A stretch of 64,000 nucleotides of DNA. Origin: Synechocystis sp. Its GTDB lineage: Bacteria > Cyanobacteriota > Cyanobacteriia > Cyanobacteriales > Microcystaceae. Both the position numbers and the translations under genes were made by a program. The stretch spans positions 122 to 64,121 of the forward strand of contig JBGSZT010000054.1 of NCBI GenBank assembly GCA_041750255.1. Direction: 5' to 3'. The notes beneath the pieces are model-generated. The model was not told the DNA's origin and made no database searches. It saw only the letters and a list, made by a program, of their open reading frames with translations. Positions 22,184 to 32,057 of this stretch are shown piece after piece (positions within the stretch are counted from its first letter, which is position 1; the number at the start of each line of letters is the position of its first letter).

Positions 22184-23821
22184 TCACTGAACCGAATCAA
22201 GGCTTGGATGGTAGGGTTTTAAGAGATTGCTGGCTTGGTAAAAATAAAAGGATTCCACCACAATGCCGCCACGTTTGATATCAACCTTGCCAAGTTCCCG
22301 AAAGGATTGAAAAAACGAGCTAAATTCCTCCGTTAGCTCTGGCATCTCTCGAAAGCGTCGGAGCGTGATGTAAAGCGCATTTTTACCCCGCCATTGGGTT
22401 GAATTGGGCCAAAACGAAAACCCCCGTTGGTCGTAGCTAAAACAAGTGACGGGGATCGCATGGAGTGGGCGTAGGGCCAGATCAATCAATCCGCCGAGGT
22501 AGTAGGCATTGGTGAAAATAAAATCCGCTTGGGTCAGAGCCTCGGTCAGGAGGGCAGAATTTCGCACTCCTTGCCGGAGTTGTCTAATATCAATTAATTC
22601 GTTAGCCGGGTCGGCGGTGGCGCCCAAAAATCCTCCGCCCAGAGCCGAGGTGCTAGATTTGAGCAACATGCCATTGTTGATGTGTAATAAAACCAATAAC
22701 AGTAAGCTGGCGATCACCAGGGTCGAGCCGACTAACCAACGTTTAACGCTTTGTCGGGATAGTTGCTCCCAGCGGCTGGCATAGAGCCCCAATAGTAAAA
22801 CCGCACTCCAAAAACCCGGCATGGGCCAGGTCACTAAAATCTGTTCTTTACCGCCCAAAAGCGTTAGCCCCAGGGTTAGCGGGATAGCACTCCAGAGGAT
22901 AAACGCCTGTTTTTCCTGTAGCAGATCTTCGCCAGGCATCATTGGCGTTGCCGGCGACCGGATCAGGTTTGATAACTGACACCAAAAACCCTTGCCCAGG
23001 GCCCACCAAAGCGGAATACCCAGACTCGGAAATAAAAGCCCAATGCCCGTGCCCCAAACCGCCAGCACCTGGAGGAAGGAATAGGAGGAGGGAGTTGACT
23101 CTGCCCCGGGAGAAAACCGCTGGAATAGCTGAAATTTGAAGGAAATCCAGTCGTGCTGACTATTCCAAAAGAGCAAAGGAAATAGAGTCAGCAGGAACAG
23201 TAAACAAGTGAGGGCAAAAAATGGCGAGCTTAGGGCAGAGCGATGGCGTGGACTGCTCAGAGAAAAGCCGAGAAAGGCAAATCCCAGCAGAAAACCATGA
23301 TATTTGCTCAAGCAGGCCAAGCCAAGGATAATCCCCAACACCACTAGACGATAGCTGGGACGATAGGGCTTTTGATCCGAAAAAAATTCCTCTACTCCCC
23401 AATACAGAGCAACGGACCAAAAGAAAATCAAGGGACTATCCGGCAGAGTGAGAACCCCAAACCCCACCTGGAAAATAGGGATGATAGAGGCTAAGACCAA
23501 GGTGATTTGGGCGGCTCTGGGATTAAATAATTTATAATTGGTTTGGTACAAAAACCAGAGACTCAGGCTATAGAGAAGAACCGCCCCGAGGCGCAGACTA
23601 AACGGATGGGTGAACTGCGTCAGCCAAGGACCAAAGCCCGTTGTCAGAGCAACCATCAGCGGATGGTCGAAATAACTCCAATCTAGGTGCTGAGTGTAGA
23701 GATAATAGTAGCCTTCATCAAAACCCAGGGGGAGCCAGTAGGCAATGATCGCCCGAAATACTAAACCGATCAACAATACATTTAGTACAAACGGGAGCTT
23801 GAGCCACTGTTTTTGTGCCAT
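22184..23821 (-). CDS. ArnT/PMT-like (GT-C) membrane glycosyltransferase
   Basis: FDEGYY, YFDHP, LPDSPL, LSKYHG, WNSQHDWISF; many TM helices. Confidence 0.88.
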   Translation of the reverse strand: MAQKQWLKLPFVLNVLLIGLVFRAIIAYWLPLGFDEGYYYLYTQHLDWSYFDHPLMVALTTGFGPWLTQFTHPFSLRLGAVLLYSLSLWFLYQTNYKLFNPRAAQITLVLASIIPIFQVGFGVLTLPDSPLIFFWSVALYWGVEEFFSDQKPYRPSYRLVVLGIILGLACLSKYHGFLLGFAFLGFSLSSPRHRSALSSPFFALTCLLFLLTLFPLLFWNSQHDWISFKFQLFQRFSPGAESTPSSYSFLQVLAVWGTGIGLLFPSLGIPLWWALGKGFWCQLSNLIRSPATPMMPGEDLLQEKQAFILWSAIPLTLGLTLLGGKEQILVTWPMPGFWSAVLLLGLYASRWEQLSRQSVKRWLVGSTLVIASLLLLVLLHINNGMLLKSSTSALGGGFLGATADPANELIDIRQLRQGVRNSALLTEALTQADFIFTNAYYLGGLIDLALRPLHAIPVTCFSYDQRGFSFWPNSTQWRGKNALYITLRRFREMPELTEEFSSFFQSFRELGKVDIKRGGIVVESFYFYQASNLLKPYHPSLDSVQ

Positions 23822-23842
23822 GACAATTTTGCGTTTCGGGGG

Positions 23843-24598
23843 CTAGAGTGTTCCACCCAAAAATTCTTCGATTTCCCGATCGCCTAATCGACACCGGGGA
23901 GTAGTGCGTTCCATCACGGATTCAGAACAAACTAAGGTGCGTTGGGAATCGAGGTCGCGCTGACGATGGCTTTGTAACTCTTCTACCTGGCGCTCTAGGC
24001 TTTCGATGCGGTCAAGGAGTAAACGAATCACCGTGGCTTCAGAGTCGGGTAAATTGCCATGCTCTAGGGGGTTCACTTTGACGCCAGAGCGATGAATCAT
24101 CCGTCCGGGGACTCCGACAATGGTGCAATCGGAGGGAACACTCCGCAAAACAACTGAACCAGCTCCAATGCGGACATTATTGCCGACTTCAATATTACCT
24201 AGTACTTTGGCTCCGGCTCCCACCACCACATTTTCCCCCAGGGTAGGATGGCGCTTACCACTTTCCTTGCCGGTGCCACCGAGGGTAACGCCTTGATAAA
24301 TCAGCGAAAAATCACCAATAATGGCGGTTTCCCCGATAACAACCCCCATGCCATGGTCAATAAAAACACCTTTGCCGATCTGGGCGCCGGGGTGGATTTC
24401 GATGCCGGTCAAAAACCGGGCCAGGTGGGACAAAAAACGAGGAATAAAGGGAAGATTGAGCCCAAACAAAAAATGAGAAAATCGGTGAATGGCCAGGGCT
24501 TGTAAGCCGGGGTAGCAGACTAATACTTCTAGCCAATTACGTGCGGCGGGGTCACGCTCAAAAATGATGCGAAAGTCGGCAATGAGTGAAGATAGCAC
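23843..24598 (-). CDS. cysE: Serine O-acetyltransferase
   Basis: DPAARN, YPGLQA, GIEIHPGA, FIDHGMGVVIGETA, LGGTGKESGKRHP. Confidence 0.97.
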   Translation of the reverse strand: MLSSLIADFRIIFERDPAARNWLEVLVCYPGLQALAIHRFSHFLFGLNLPFIPRFLSHLARFLTGIEIHPGAQIGKGVFIDHGMGVVIGETAIIGDFSLIYQGVTLGGTGKESGKRHPTLGENVVVGAGAKVLGNIEVGNNVRIGAGSVVLRSVPSDCTIVGVPGRMIHRSGVKVNPLEHGNLPDSEATVIRLLLDRIESLERQVEELQSHRQRDLDSQRTLVCSESVMERTTPRCRLGDREIEEFLGGTL

Positions 24599-24693
24599 CG
24601 CAAAAATTCTCTCTACATTGAAAGGCTACTAGGTTTCTATTTTATCTTCTTCAGAGTAATCTGTTAGCAACTCTGCACCCTCTTGATTGGTTT

Positions 24694-25653
24694 ATGGTCT
24701 TGTATTTTTTTAAGCGATTGGCGATCGCCCTTGTTACCTTATTGGCCATTAGTCTAGTGCTTTTTTCATTATTAGCCCTTGCACCGGGGAATCCCTTGGG
24801 AGAATTAGCCTCAAATCCGGCTATTTCCGAAGAAATTCGGGAAAATTTACGCCGTAGCTTTGGGCTAGACCAACCCTTGCCCCTACGGTATCTGAAATGG
24901 CTGATGTCTTTACTCAGGGGCGATCTGGGTTATTCCTTCACCAGTCGGAGTCCAGTATCAGAATTAATTGTTCAACGTTTGCCCACGACCTTGGGACTGA
25001 TGGGAACCGCTTATACCATCAGTGCGGTGATCGCCATTCCCCTGGGACTATTAACTGCCTTCAAAAAAGATCATTGGCTGGCTGAAAGTTTAAGTAGCCT
25101 CAGCGTCGTCGGCTTCTCGTTACCAACCTTTGTCACAGGACTCGTCGCCCTTTGGCTTTTTTCGGTACGATTACAATGGTTTCCCTACGTCTACAATAGT
25201 ACCCTCGCCGTTACCAGCCTGAATAGCTTAGGCGAGCAACTACAACAATTAATTTTACCCGTTACCGTTTTGGTGCTGTACCAAAGTTCCGTCCTACTTC
25301 GCTTTGTGCGCTCAGCGGCGCTAGAAGAACTTCCGCAAGACTATATCCGCACCGCCCATGCCAAGGGATTAAGCAAATTTAGGGTTATTAAAGACCATTT
25401 ATTGCGAAATACACTGATCCCCATTGTCACCTTAGTCGCCCTCGATATTCCGGCGATTTTCACCGGAGCCTTAGTAACGGAGCAGATTTTTCGGGTGCCG
25501 GGAATTGGAGCCTTAATGATTGAATCCATTTACCGAAACGATACGCCTGTGGTGATGGCCGTGACCTTTATCTATGGGGTTTTGGTGGTTGTTTTTAGTA
25601 CGTTAGCAGACTTACTCTATGTATTGTTAGACCCTAGAATCCAGTTAGAGTAA
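24694..25653 (+). CDS. Peptide/nickel ABC transporter permease (DppB/OppB type)
   Basis: GLDQPLPLRY, GDLGYS, EAA loop DYIRTAHAKGL, ITEQ-like LVTEQIF. Confidence 0.93.
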   Translation: MVLYFFKRLAIALVTLLAISLVLFSLLALAPGNPLGELASNPAISEEIRENLRRSFGLDQPLPLRYLKWLMSLLRGDLGYSFTSRSPVSELIVQRLPTTLGLMGTAYTISAVIAIPLGLLTAFKKDHWLAESLSSLSVVGFSLPTFVTGLVALWLFSVRLQWFPYVYNSTLAVTSLNSLGEQLQQLILPVTVLVLYQSSVLLRFVRSAALEELPQDYIRTAHAKGLSKFRVIKDHLLRNTLIPIVTLVALDIPAIFTGALVTEQIFRVPGIGALMIESIYRNDTPVVMAVTFIYGVLVVVFSTLADLLYVLLDPRIQLE

Positions 25654-25803
25654 GCTGATTTAACCAAGTAGGTAACTACAATTAAACTGATTATGGGTTC
25701 TATACTCTATCCCTCCTAGCCCTCCTCACTAAAGCTCCGGTTGATAAGGGGGAAGTCCGCAGGACGGGGGATTTTATAAATATTTAAGCTCACCTACTTA
25801 CAA

Positions 25804-25830
25804 CCCCCTAAGTCCAGAAGACCTAGGGGG
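25804..25830. terminator. GC-rich hairpin between the convergent permease gene and psbV
   Basis: CCCCCTA-A-GTC-CAGAA-GAC-C-TAGGGGG; no strong T tract. Confidence 0.5.
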
Positions 25831-25850
25831 ACTGGCTACAAAGTAAGCCC

Positions 25851-26333
25851 TTAGAAATAGATGGTGCCGCCCCAGCGAGAATCTAGCTTGGGTGCAATTA
25901 AGGTATAACCTGCAACATCGTAGAGGTCATCTTCTGTCAAGTTCCGCATTTCAGGATAAATGTCGGCCCGGGTGACGTTCGGGTGGAGTTCGGAATAATC
26001 GTCTTCTCCGTCATAACTGGTGGGATGTTTGAGATAATCCACAATCGCCGCCAGGTTATCGCGGGGAGGTTCTGCCTTACTTAGGTCGGATAGCCCTAAA
26101 CTGACATTGTTATTGGTTTTTGTTTTGCCCTGGAGGTGACATTGAGTACATGTATCCACAAAGATTTTCTGGCCCCGAGCAAACTCTTGGGAAGTCAATG
26201 TTGTGGTTTTACTAGCTCCGTCAAAAGGAACTGTCAAGGTGGATTCGGTCAATACCACCGCGTTGGCATTGCCAACTCCGAGCTGGAGTAGGAAAAAGAC
26301 AGCGGCGATCGCTCCCCAAAAAAATCGTTTCAC
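25851..26333 (-). CDS. psbV: Photosystem II cytochrome c550
   Basis: Signal peptide, heme motif CTQCH, KTKTNNNVSL, SYDGEDDYSELHP, WGGTIYF as in Synechocystis PsbV; GTG start at 26333 gives 160 aa. Confidence 0.95.
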   Translation of the reverse strand: MKRFFWGAIAAVFFLLQLGVGNANAVVLTESTLTVPFDGASKTTTLTSQEFARGQKIFVDTCTQCHLQGKTKTNNNVSLGLSDLSKAEPPRDNLAAIVDYLKHPTSYDGEDDYSELHPNVTRADIYPEMRNLTEDDLYDVAGYTLIAPKLDSRWGGTIYF

Positions 26334-26460
26334 TAGTGTTCTCCTGAGATAAATGAATGGATATGGCACAAAATTTAATTTAATGGTCAAAGTCCCAATT
26401 CTTTTAGGCTTATATCCCGGCCTGTCCTAGGACAAGCGAGCGTATAAGACTCCAAGTTGA

Positions 26461-26661
26461 TTAGGCATTAGGTTCACCGACACCCGTCACTGACGACTGA
26501 GCCAAAATTTGAGCAATAATTGCTTTAGCGTCTTCTAATGCCAAATTAGTCTGTGGATTTTTATAGGTTACTCCCAATTGGTCGCAGAGGTGGAATACTG
26601 TCTGGACAGGGAGTTGATACTCAGCTGCGATGTCCGCAATGGATAAATCAGCAAATCCCAT
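26461..26661 (-). CDS. Small cyanobacterial protein resembling the IF-2 N-terminal domain
   Basis: MGFADLSIADIAAEY....VFHLCDQLG...KNPQTNLALEDAKAII; start moved to ATG 26661. Confidence 0.7.
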   Translation of the reverse strand: MGFADLSIADIAAEYQLPVQTVFHLCDQLGVTYKNPQTNLALEDAKAIIAQILAQSSVTGVGEPNA

Positions 26662-26769
26662 AGTGACAATGACCGTCGTAAACGCTAAAAGAAATCGAGT
26701 GGTATATCTATAATGCCATCCCAAGGACGCCTTTCCCCACCAAACCCCTATCATTTGCCCCTAAACGCC

Positions 26770-28395
26770 ATGACTGCTTTTTTCCCCAAAATGGTTGACC
26801 CCTGTATGCTAGCGGCGATCGATATTGGCACCAATTCAGTTCACATGGTCATTGTTCGTATTGATCCTGTACTTTCCACCTTCACCATTGTTGCTCGGGA
26901 AAAAGATACGGTTCGCCTTGGCGATCGCCTGCCTCAAACCAATCAACTCTCCCCCGCGGCCATGGAGCGGGCGATCGCCGCCCTTAAGCGTTGTAATGAT
27001 TTAGCCGAAAGTTTGGCAGTGGATCATATTTTTGCCGTGGCCACGAGCGCCACCCGCGAAGCCACCAATGGCGAGGCCTTTTTAGCCCGGATTGAGGCAG
27101 AACTTGGCTTAACCGTTAATCTGATTTCGGGACAGGAAGAAGCAAGGCGAATTTATTTAGGCGTCCTTTCAGGGATGAATTTCCAGCAACATCCCCACAT
27201 CATCATTGATATTGGCGGCGGTTCGACGGAGTTAATCCTCGCCGATAGTCAGGAACCCCGTTTTTTGAGCAGTACAAAAATTGGGGCAGTACGTCTCTCT
27301 CGGGATTTTATCCACAGTGACCCCATTAGCCCGACGGAGTTTTCCATCTTGCGAGCCTATATCAAGGGCATGCTAGAGCGACCCATTGAGGAAATTAAAT
27401 CCCACCTCGGTCCAGGGGAAACAGTGCGATTAGTCGGAACCTCCGGCACTATTGAAACCCTGGCTAACATCATCGCCTTGAGCAAACAACGAGATGTGCC
27501 TAACCCGCTCCAGGGCTATCAGATCACCCGTAAGGAAGTGCGAGACTGGGTCAAAACCTTTGCCAGCCTGCCCTACGCTGAACGGTTTGCCATCCCCGGT
27601 ATCTCCGACCGACGCGCCGAAATTATTTTAGCGGGGTCGCTGATCCTGCTCGAAGCAATGACATTACTAGACCTCGACAGTCTAACCATCTGTGAACGGG
27701 CTCTGCGGGAAGGTGTAATTGTTGATTGGATGTTAACCCATGGCTTAATCGAAGACCGCCTACGTTTTCAAAGTGAAATTCGTCAACGGAGCGTCTTCAA
27801 AATTGCCCGCAAATATCAGGTGGATTTACCCCACGGACAACGGGTTGCCGACTTAGCCCTCAGCTTTTTTGATCAACTCCAGGGCATTCTACATCAATGG
27901 GGCCCCGTGGAACGGGAATGGCTCTGGGCGGCGGCGGTCCTACACAATTGCGGTATTTACATTAGCCACTCGTCCCATCACAAACATTCCTATTATTTAA
28001 TTCGCAATGCAGAATTTTTGGGCTACACCGAAATTGAATTGGAATTAATTGCCAATATTGCCCGCTACCATCGCCGCAGTAAACCCAAAAAGCGCCATGA
28101 GTCCTACATCAAATTATCGGAAATTCATCGCCTAGCAGTGCGCCAAATTAGTGCGATTCTCCGCCTTGCCGTCGCCCTAGACCGTCGGCAAATTGGCGCA
28201 ATTCAAAACTTTGAGTGCAAATATGACCCAGAATATCAAACCCTCCACCTCCACCTCGTGCCGACCCAGGCTGACGATGATTGTGGGCTAGAACTCTGGA
28301 ACTTAGATTATAAAAAGGTTGTTTTTGAAGAAGAGTTTGGAGTTCGGGTGATTGCCACCCTGGCGATTCCCCTCGGTTTATTTCCTCGTTCCTAG
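26770..28395 (+). CDS. ppx: Exopolyphosphatase Ppx/GppA with HD domain
   Basis: AAIDIGTNS, ATSATREA, SGQEEAR, DIGGGSTE, HHKHSYYLI; start uncertain (26770, 26791 or 26806). Confidence 0.95.
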   Translation: MTAFFPKMVDPCMLAAIDIGTNSVHMVIVRIDPVLSTFTIVAREKDTVRLGDRLPQTNQLSPAAMERAIAALKRCNDLAESLAVDHIFAVATSATREATNGEAFLARIEAELGLTVNLISGQEEARRIYLGVLSGMNFQQHPHIIIDIGGGSTELILADSQEPRFLSSTKIGAVRLSRDFIHSDPISPTEFSILRAYIKGMLERPIEEIKSHLGPGETVRLVGTSGTIETLANIIALSKQRDVPNPLQGYQITRKEVRDWVKTFASLPYAERFAIPGISDRRAEIILAGSLILLEAMTLLDLDSLTICERALREGVIVDWMLTHGLIEDRLRFQSEIRQRSVFKIARKYQVDLPHGQRVADLALSFFDQLQGILHQWGPVEREWLWAAAVLHNCGIYISHSSHHKHSYYLIRNAEFLGYTEIELELIANIARYHRRSKPKKRHESYIKLSEIHRLAVRQISAILRLAVALDRRQIGAIQNFECKYDPEYQTLHLHLVPTQADDDCGLELWNLDYKKVVFEEEFGVRVIATLAIPLGLFPRS

Positions 28396-28437
28396 GTACC
28401 ATTAGACGAACTTATCATTCACTTAAACAAATGAATA

Positions 28438-28481
28438 TTGCATAGGGATTGAATTTGCTCTATGATATCTCCGATAAGATA
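28438..28481 (+). promoter_or_regulatory. Putative ndhF3 operon promoter with overlapping inverted repeats
   Basis: TTGCAT (28438), 17 bp, TATGAT (28461); ATAG-N14-CTAT at 28442-28463 and TATCT-N6-AGATA at 28466-28481. Confidence 0.5.
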
Positions 28482-28594
28482 ATGGCGACTAATTTGATAT
28501 AAAAATTTTTCGGCGTTGTCTTTTAATTTCGTCTGAGTCGCCTGAGCTGAAGGTTCTACTCAGAAATATTTTGGACCTCTAGAGGAAACTATTA

Positions 28595-30433
28595 ATGCTA
28601 GAAACCCTGACACAATTTGTCTGGCTAGTGCCTTGCTATGCGTTGCTCGGAGCAGTGTTTGCCATTCCGTGGTCTCCGGGGCTGATCCGTCAAACGGGGC
28701 CAAGGCCAGCGGGTTACATCGGCATTGCTATGACCCTTATCGCCTTGATCCATAGCCTCTTGGTTTTTAGCTATATTTACCGCTTGCCCCCGATCGATCT
28801 ATCTTTCCCCTGGTTAACAGCGGCGGATTTGACCATTACTTTGGATTTAAAAATTTCAACGGTCAATGTGGCCGCTTTGCTGGTGATCACCGGCTTAAAC
28901 CTTGCCGCCCAAATTTATGCAGTGGGTTATCTAGAACGGGATTGGGGCTGGGCGCGTTTCTTTTCCTTAATGGCGCTTTTTGAAGCAGGGCTTTGTACTT
29001 TGGTGCTTTGTAATTCCCTCTTTTTTAGTTATGTTGTTCTGGAAATTCTTACCCTGGGAACTTACCTATTAATTGGCTATTGGTTTAATCAATCCTTGGT
29101 AGTTACAGGGGCGCGGGATGCGTTTTTGACGAAACGGGTGGGAGACTTAATCCTATTGATGGGGGTGGTGGCATTGTTGCCCCTAGCGGGGAGTTGGAAT
29201 TTTGATGACCTCGCCCAGTGGGCCGCGACCACGTCCCTCGACCCGACCTGGGCCACTCTTCTCTGTTTGGCATTAATCGCTGGTCCCTTGGGGAAATGTG
29301 CCCAGTTTCCCTTACATCTCTGGTTGGATGAAGCCATGGAAGGGCCAATTCCGGCAACGATCCTACGTAATACCTTGGTAGTCTCGACGGGGGCTTGGGT
29401 ATTGGTCAAGGTTCAGCCTATTTTGGTGCTATCCCCAGTGGCGTTAAAAACAATGGTGGTGATTGGGTCCCTGACGGCGATCGGAGCCTCTTTGATTGCG
29501 ATCGCCCAGATTGATATTAAGCGGTCATTGTCCTACGTGGTCAGTGCCTACATGGGTCTGGTTTTCATTGCCGTGGGCACGGGGCAAACGGCAACCGCAC
29601 TACAGCTCATTCTGAGCTATACCCTCGCCATGGCGGTCTTGGTTATGGTCGTCGGCGGCATTATTTTAAATAACATTACCCAGGATCTCACTCAGTATGG
29701 AGGTCTGTGGGCCCGTCGTCCCATCTCTGGTTTAAGTTACTTGGTGGGCATTGCCGGCTTGATTGCCTTGCCTCCCTTTGGTAGCTTTTGGGCTTGGTTA
29801 AAACTGACTGAAAACCTGTCTGCTCACCAGCCTCTACTTGTGGGAGTTTTATTAGTAGTGAATGCCTTGACAGCCTTTAATGTTACTCGAGGATTTTGTT
29901 TGATTTTTGCGGGGCAACCTAAACCGATGACCCGGCGATCGCCAGAAGGATTGTGGGCATTGGTATTACCCATGGTGATCATGGTGGGATTCGCGCTACA
30001 TCTTCCTTTAATCCTATTTCAATGGCATTTACTACCCAGTTTTAGCGCCATTAATCTGAATTTAAGCCTGGCGTTACTCGGCTCTAGTGTTCTGGGCATT
30101 GGCTCCTCGGCGGTGATTTATCTGACACCGAGTATTGTCAAACCCATTCAGCTTCCTTTGCCTGTGCTTCAAAACTTCTTTGCCTACGATCTATACACCG
30201 CTCAACTTTACAAATCAACTATTGTGGCTTTTGTGGACACTATTTCACGCTTAATTAATTGGTTTGATACGGTTGTGATTGATGGGCTGATTAATTTAGT
30301 GGGCTTGGTGACAGTTTTTAGCGGTCAGAGCCTTAAATATAATGTGTCGGGTCAAACTCAATTCTACGTGCTTTCCATTGTGCTGGGTCTGACCTTAATC
30401 GGTGCATTTCTGGGCTACTCTCTCCTCGGCTAA
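28595..30433 (+). CDS. ndhF3: NDH-1MS CO2-uptake subunit F3
   Basis: PWSPGLIRQTGPRPAGY, KCAQFPLHLWLDEAMEGP; first gene before ndhD3-cupA. Confidence 0.95.
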   Translation: MLETLTQFVWLVPCYALLGAVFAIPWSPGLIRQTGPRPAGYIGIAMTLIALIHSLLVFSYIYRLPPIDLSFPWLTAADLTITLDLKISTVNVAALLVITGLNLAAQIYAVGYLERDWGWARFFSLMALFEAGLCTLVLCNSLFFSYVVLEILTLGTYLLIGYWFNQSLVVTGARDAFLTKRVGDLILLMGVVALLPLAGSWNFDDLAQWAATTSLDPTWATLLCLALIAGPLGKCAQFPLHLWLDEAMEGPIPATILRNTLVVSTGAWVLVKVQPILVLSPVALKTMVVIGSLTAIGASLIAIAQIDIKRSLSYVVSAYMGLVFIAVGTGQTATALQLILSYTLAMAVLVMVVGGIILNNITQDLTQYGGLWARRPISGLSYLVGIAGLIALPPFGSFWAWLKLTENLSAHQPLLVGVLLVVNALTAFNVTRGFCLIFAGQPKPMTRRSPEGLWALVLPMVIMVGFALHLPLILFQWHLLPSFSAINLNLSLALLGSSVLGIGSSAVIYLTPSIVKPIQLPLPVLQNFFAYDLYTAQLYKSTIVAFVDTISRLINWFDTVVIDGLINLVGLVTVFSGQSLKYNVSGQTQFYVLSIVLGLTLIGAFLGYSLLG

Positions 30434-30472
30434 ACCACGAGACTACCTTTTTTGATTAATTAAATTACCCCT

Positions 30473-31996
30473 ATGTTGACTCTTCTATTACTTCTGCCAA
30501 GCCTTGGTTCCCTGCTTGTTGCCTTTTATCCCGGCAATTTAGAGGCAAAACGGCTACGCCAACTCACGGAATTTTTTGCGGTTCTGACTCTGTGCTGGTC
30601 GCTTTATTTACTATTCAAGTTTGACCTCACCAATCCCCAGTTTCAATTTCAGGAATATTTGCCTTGGATTCCCCAATTGGGCTTAAATTATAGCCTCGGC
30701 GTTGATGGATTATCCTTACCTCTGATTATTCTCAATGGCTTATTAACGGGAATTGCGATTTATAGCATTGGCCCTAACCTAGACCGTTCTCGACTTTATT
30801 ACGCCTTAATTTTGTTGATTAATGCCGGGATTTCCGGGGCGTTAATGGCAGAGAATCTTTTGCTGTTCATTATTTTCTATGAATTGGAGCTTATTCCCTT
30901 CTATTTGATGATTGCGATCTGGGGAGGAGAAAAACGGGGCTACGCTTCGATGAAGTTTCTGCTCTATACGGCTTTCTCTGGATTGTTAGTGTTAGTTGCT
31001 TTTCTGGGGATTGGCTTTTTGGGGGGCAATAGTTCTTTTGATTACAATCCGGCGATCACCGCTGACTTTTCGAATACAGCTAAACTCATTTTACTGACTT
31101 TAATTTTGGTGGGGTTTGGGATCAAGATTCCCCTGGTGCCGCTCCACACCTGGCTACCGGATGCCTACACCGAAGCGTCCCCCGCCACGGCTATTTTATT
31201 GGGCGGTATTCTGGCTAAGTTGGGAACCTATGGAGTGATTCGCTTTGGCTTGCAACTTTTCCCGGATAGCTGGACACAATTCGCCCCCAGTCTGGCGATC
31301 GTGGGAACAATCACAGTCCTCTATGGCGCCTTATCGGCGATCGCCCAAAAAGATATTAAACGCATGGTGGCCTACAGTTCCATCGGACACATGGGCTATA
31401 TCCTAGTGGCGGCGGCGGCGGGAACCCCCCTCAGTATTCTAGGAGCCGTAGCGCAAATGATTAGTCATGGCTTAATTTTGGCGTTATTGTTCCATTTGGT
31501 CGGGATTGTGGAGCGCAAAGCCGGCACCCGAGATCTAGAAGTCCTCAATGGTTTAATGAATCCAATTCGGGGCTTGCCCCTCACCAGTGCCCTCTTAATC
31601 ACCGCCGGAATGGCCAGTGCAGGGATTCCGGGATTAGTCGGATTTGCGGCGGAATTTATTGTCTTTCAGGGAAGTTTCGCCTCATTTCCTATCCCTACCC
31701 TACTTTGCATCCTCGCTTCTGGTTTAACCGCCGTTTATTTCGTTATTCTTTTAAATCGTACCTGTTTTGGCAAGCTCAACAACCAACTTGCTTACTATCC
31801 CAAGGTTTTACCCTCAGAAAATATCCCTGCTTTAGTACTGACATTTATCATTTTCATACTAGGGATTCAGCCCAATTTTCTACTCCAATGGATAGCAACC
31901 ACAACGGATCACCTCATTTCTCCGGCGATCGCCGTGCATCAGTCGCCACCAATCCAACCCATTGCTGAACTATTTACTGCCACATCTTCCAGTTAA
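30473..31996 (+). CDS. ndhD3: NDH-1MS CO2-uptake subunit D3
   Basis: GFGIKIPLVPLHTWLPDAY, DIKRMVAYSSIGHMG, GLMNPIRGLP. Confidence 0.95.
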   Translation: MLTLLLLLPSLGSLLVAFYPGNLEAKRLRQLTEFFAVLTLCWSLYLLFKFDLTNPQFQFQEYLPWIPQLGLNYSLGVDGLSLPLIILNGLLTGIAIYSIGPNLDRSRLYYALILLINAGISGALMAENLLLFIIFYELELIPFYLMIAIWGGEKRGYASMKFLLYTAFSGLLVLVAFLGIGFLGGNSSFDYNPAITADFSNTAKLILLTLILVGFGIKIPLVPLHTWLPDAYTEASPATAILLGGILAKLGTYGVIRFGLQLFPDSWTQFAPSLAIVGTITVLYGALSAIAQKDIKRMVAYSSIGHMGYILVAAAAGTPLSILGAVAQMISHGLILALLFHLVGIVERKAGTRDLEVLNGLMNPIRGLPLTSALLITAGMASAGIPGLVGFAAEFIVFQGSFASFPIPTLLCILASGLTAVYFVILLNRTCFGKLNNQLAYYPKVLPSENIPALVLTFIIFILGIQPNFLLQWIATTTDHLISPAIAVHQSPPIQPIAELFTATSSS

Positions 31997-32057
31997 GGTC
32001 GAACTTTGGCATCTTTTTCAATAATCAATAACAAACCTTTAAAAACTCACTCAAGCC

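Noticed and set aside
25851-26390. Possibility that the cytochrome is PsbV2 or has a 19-aa N-terminal extension
   Set aside because: The sequence matches Synechocystis-type PsbV; the GTG start at 26333 gives a normal signal peptide and length
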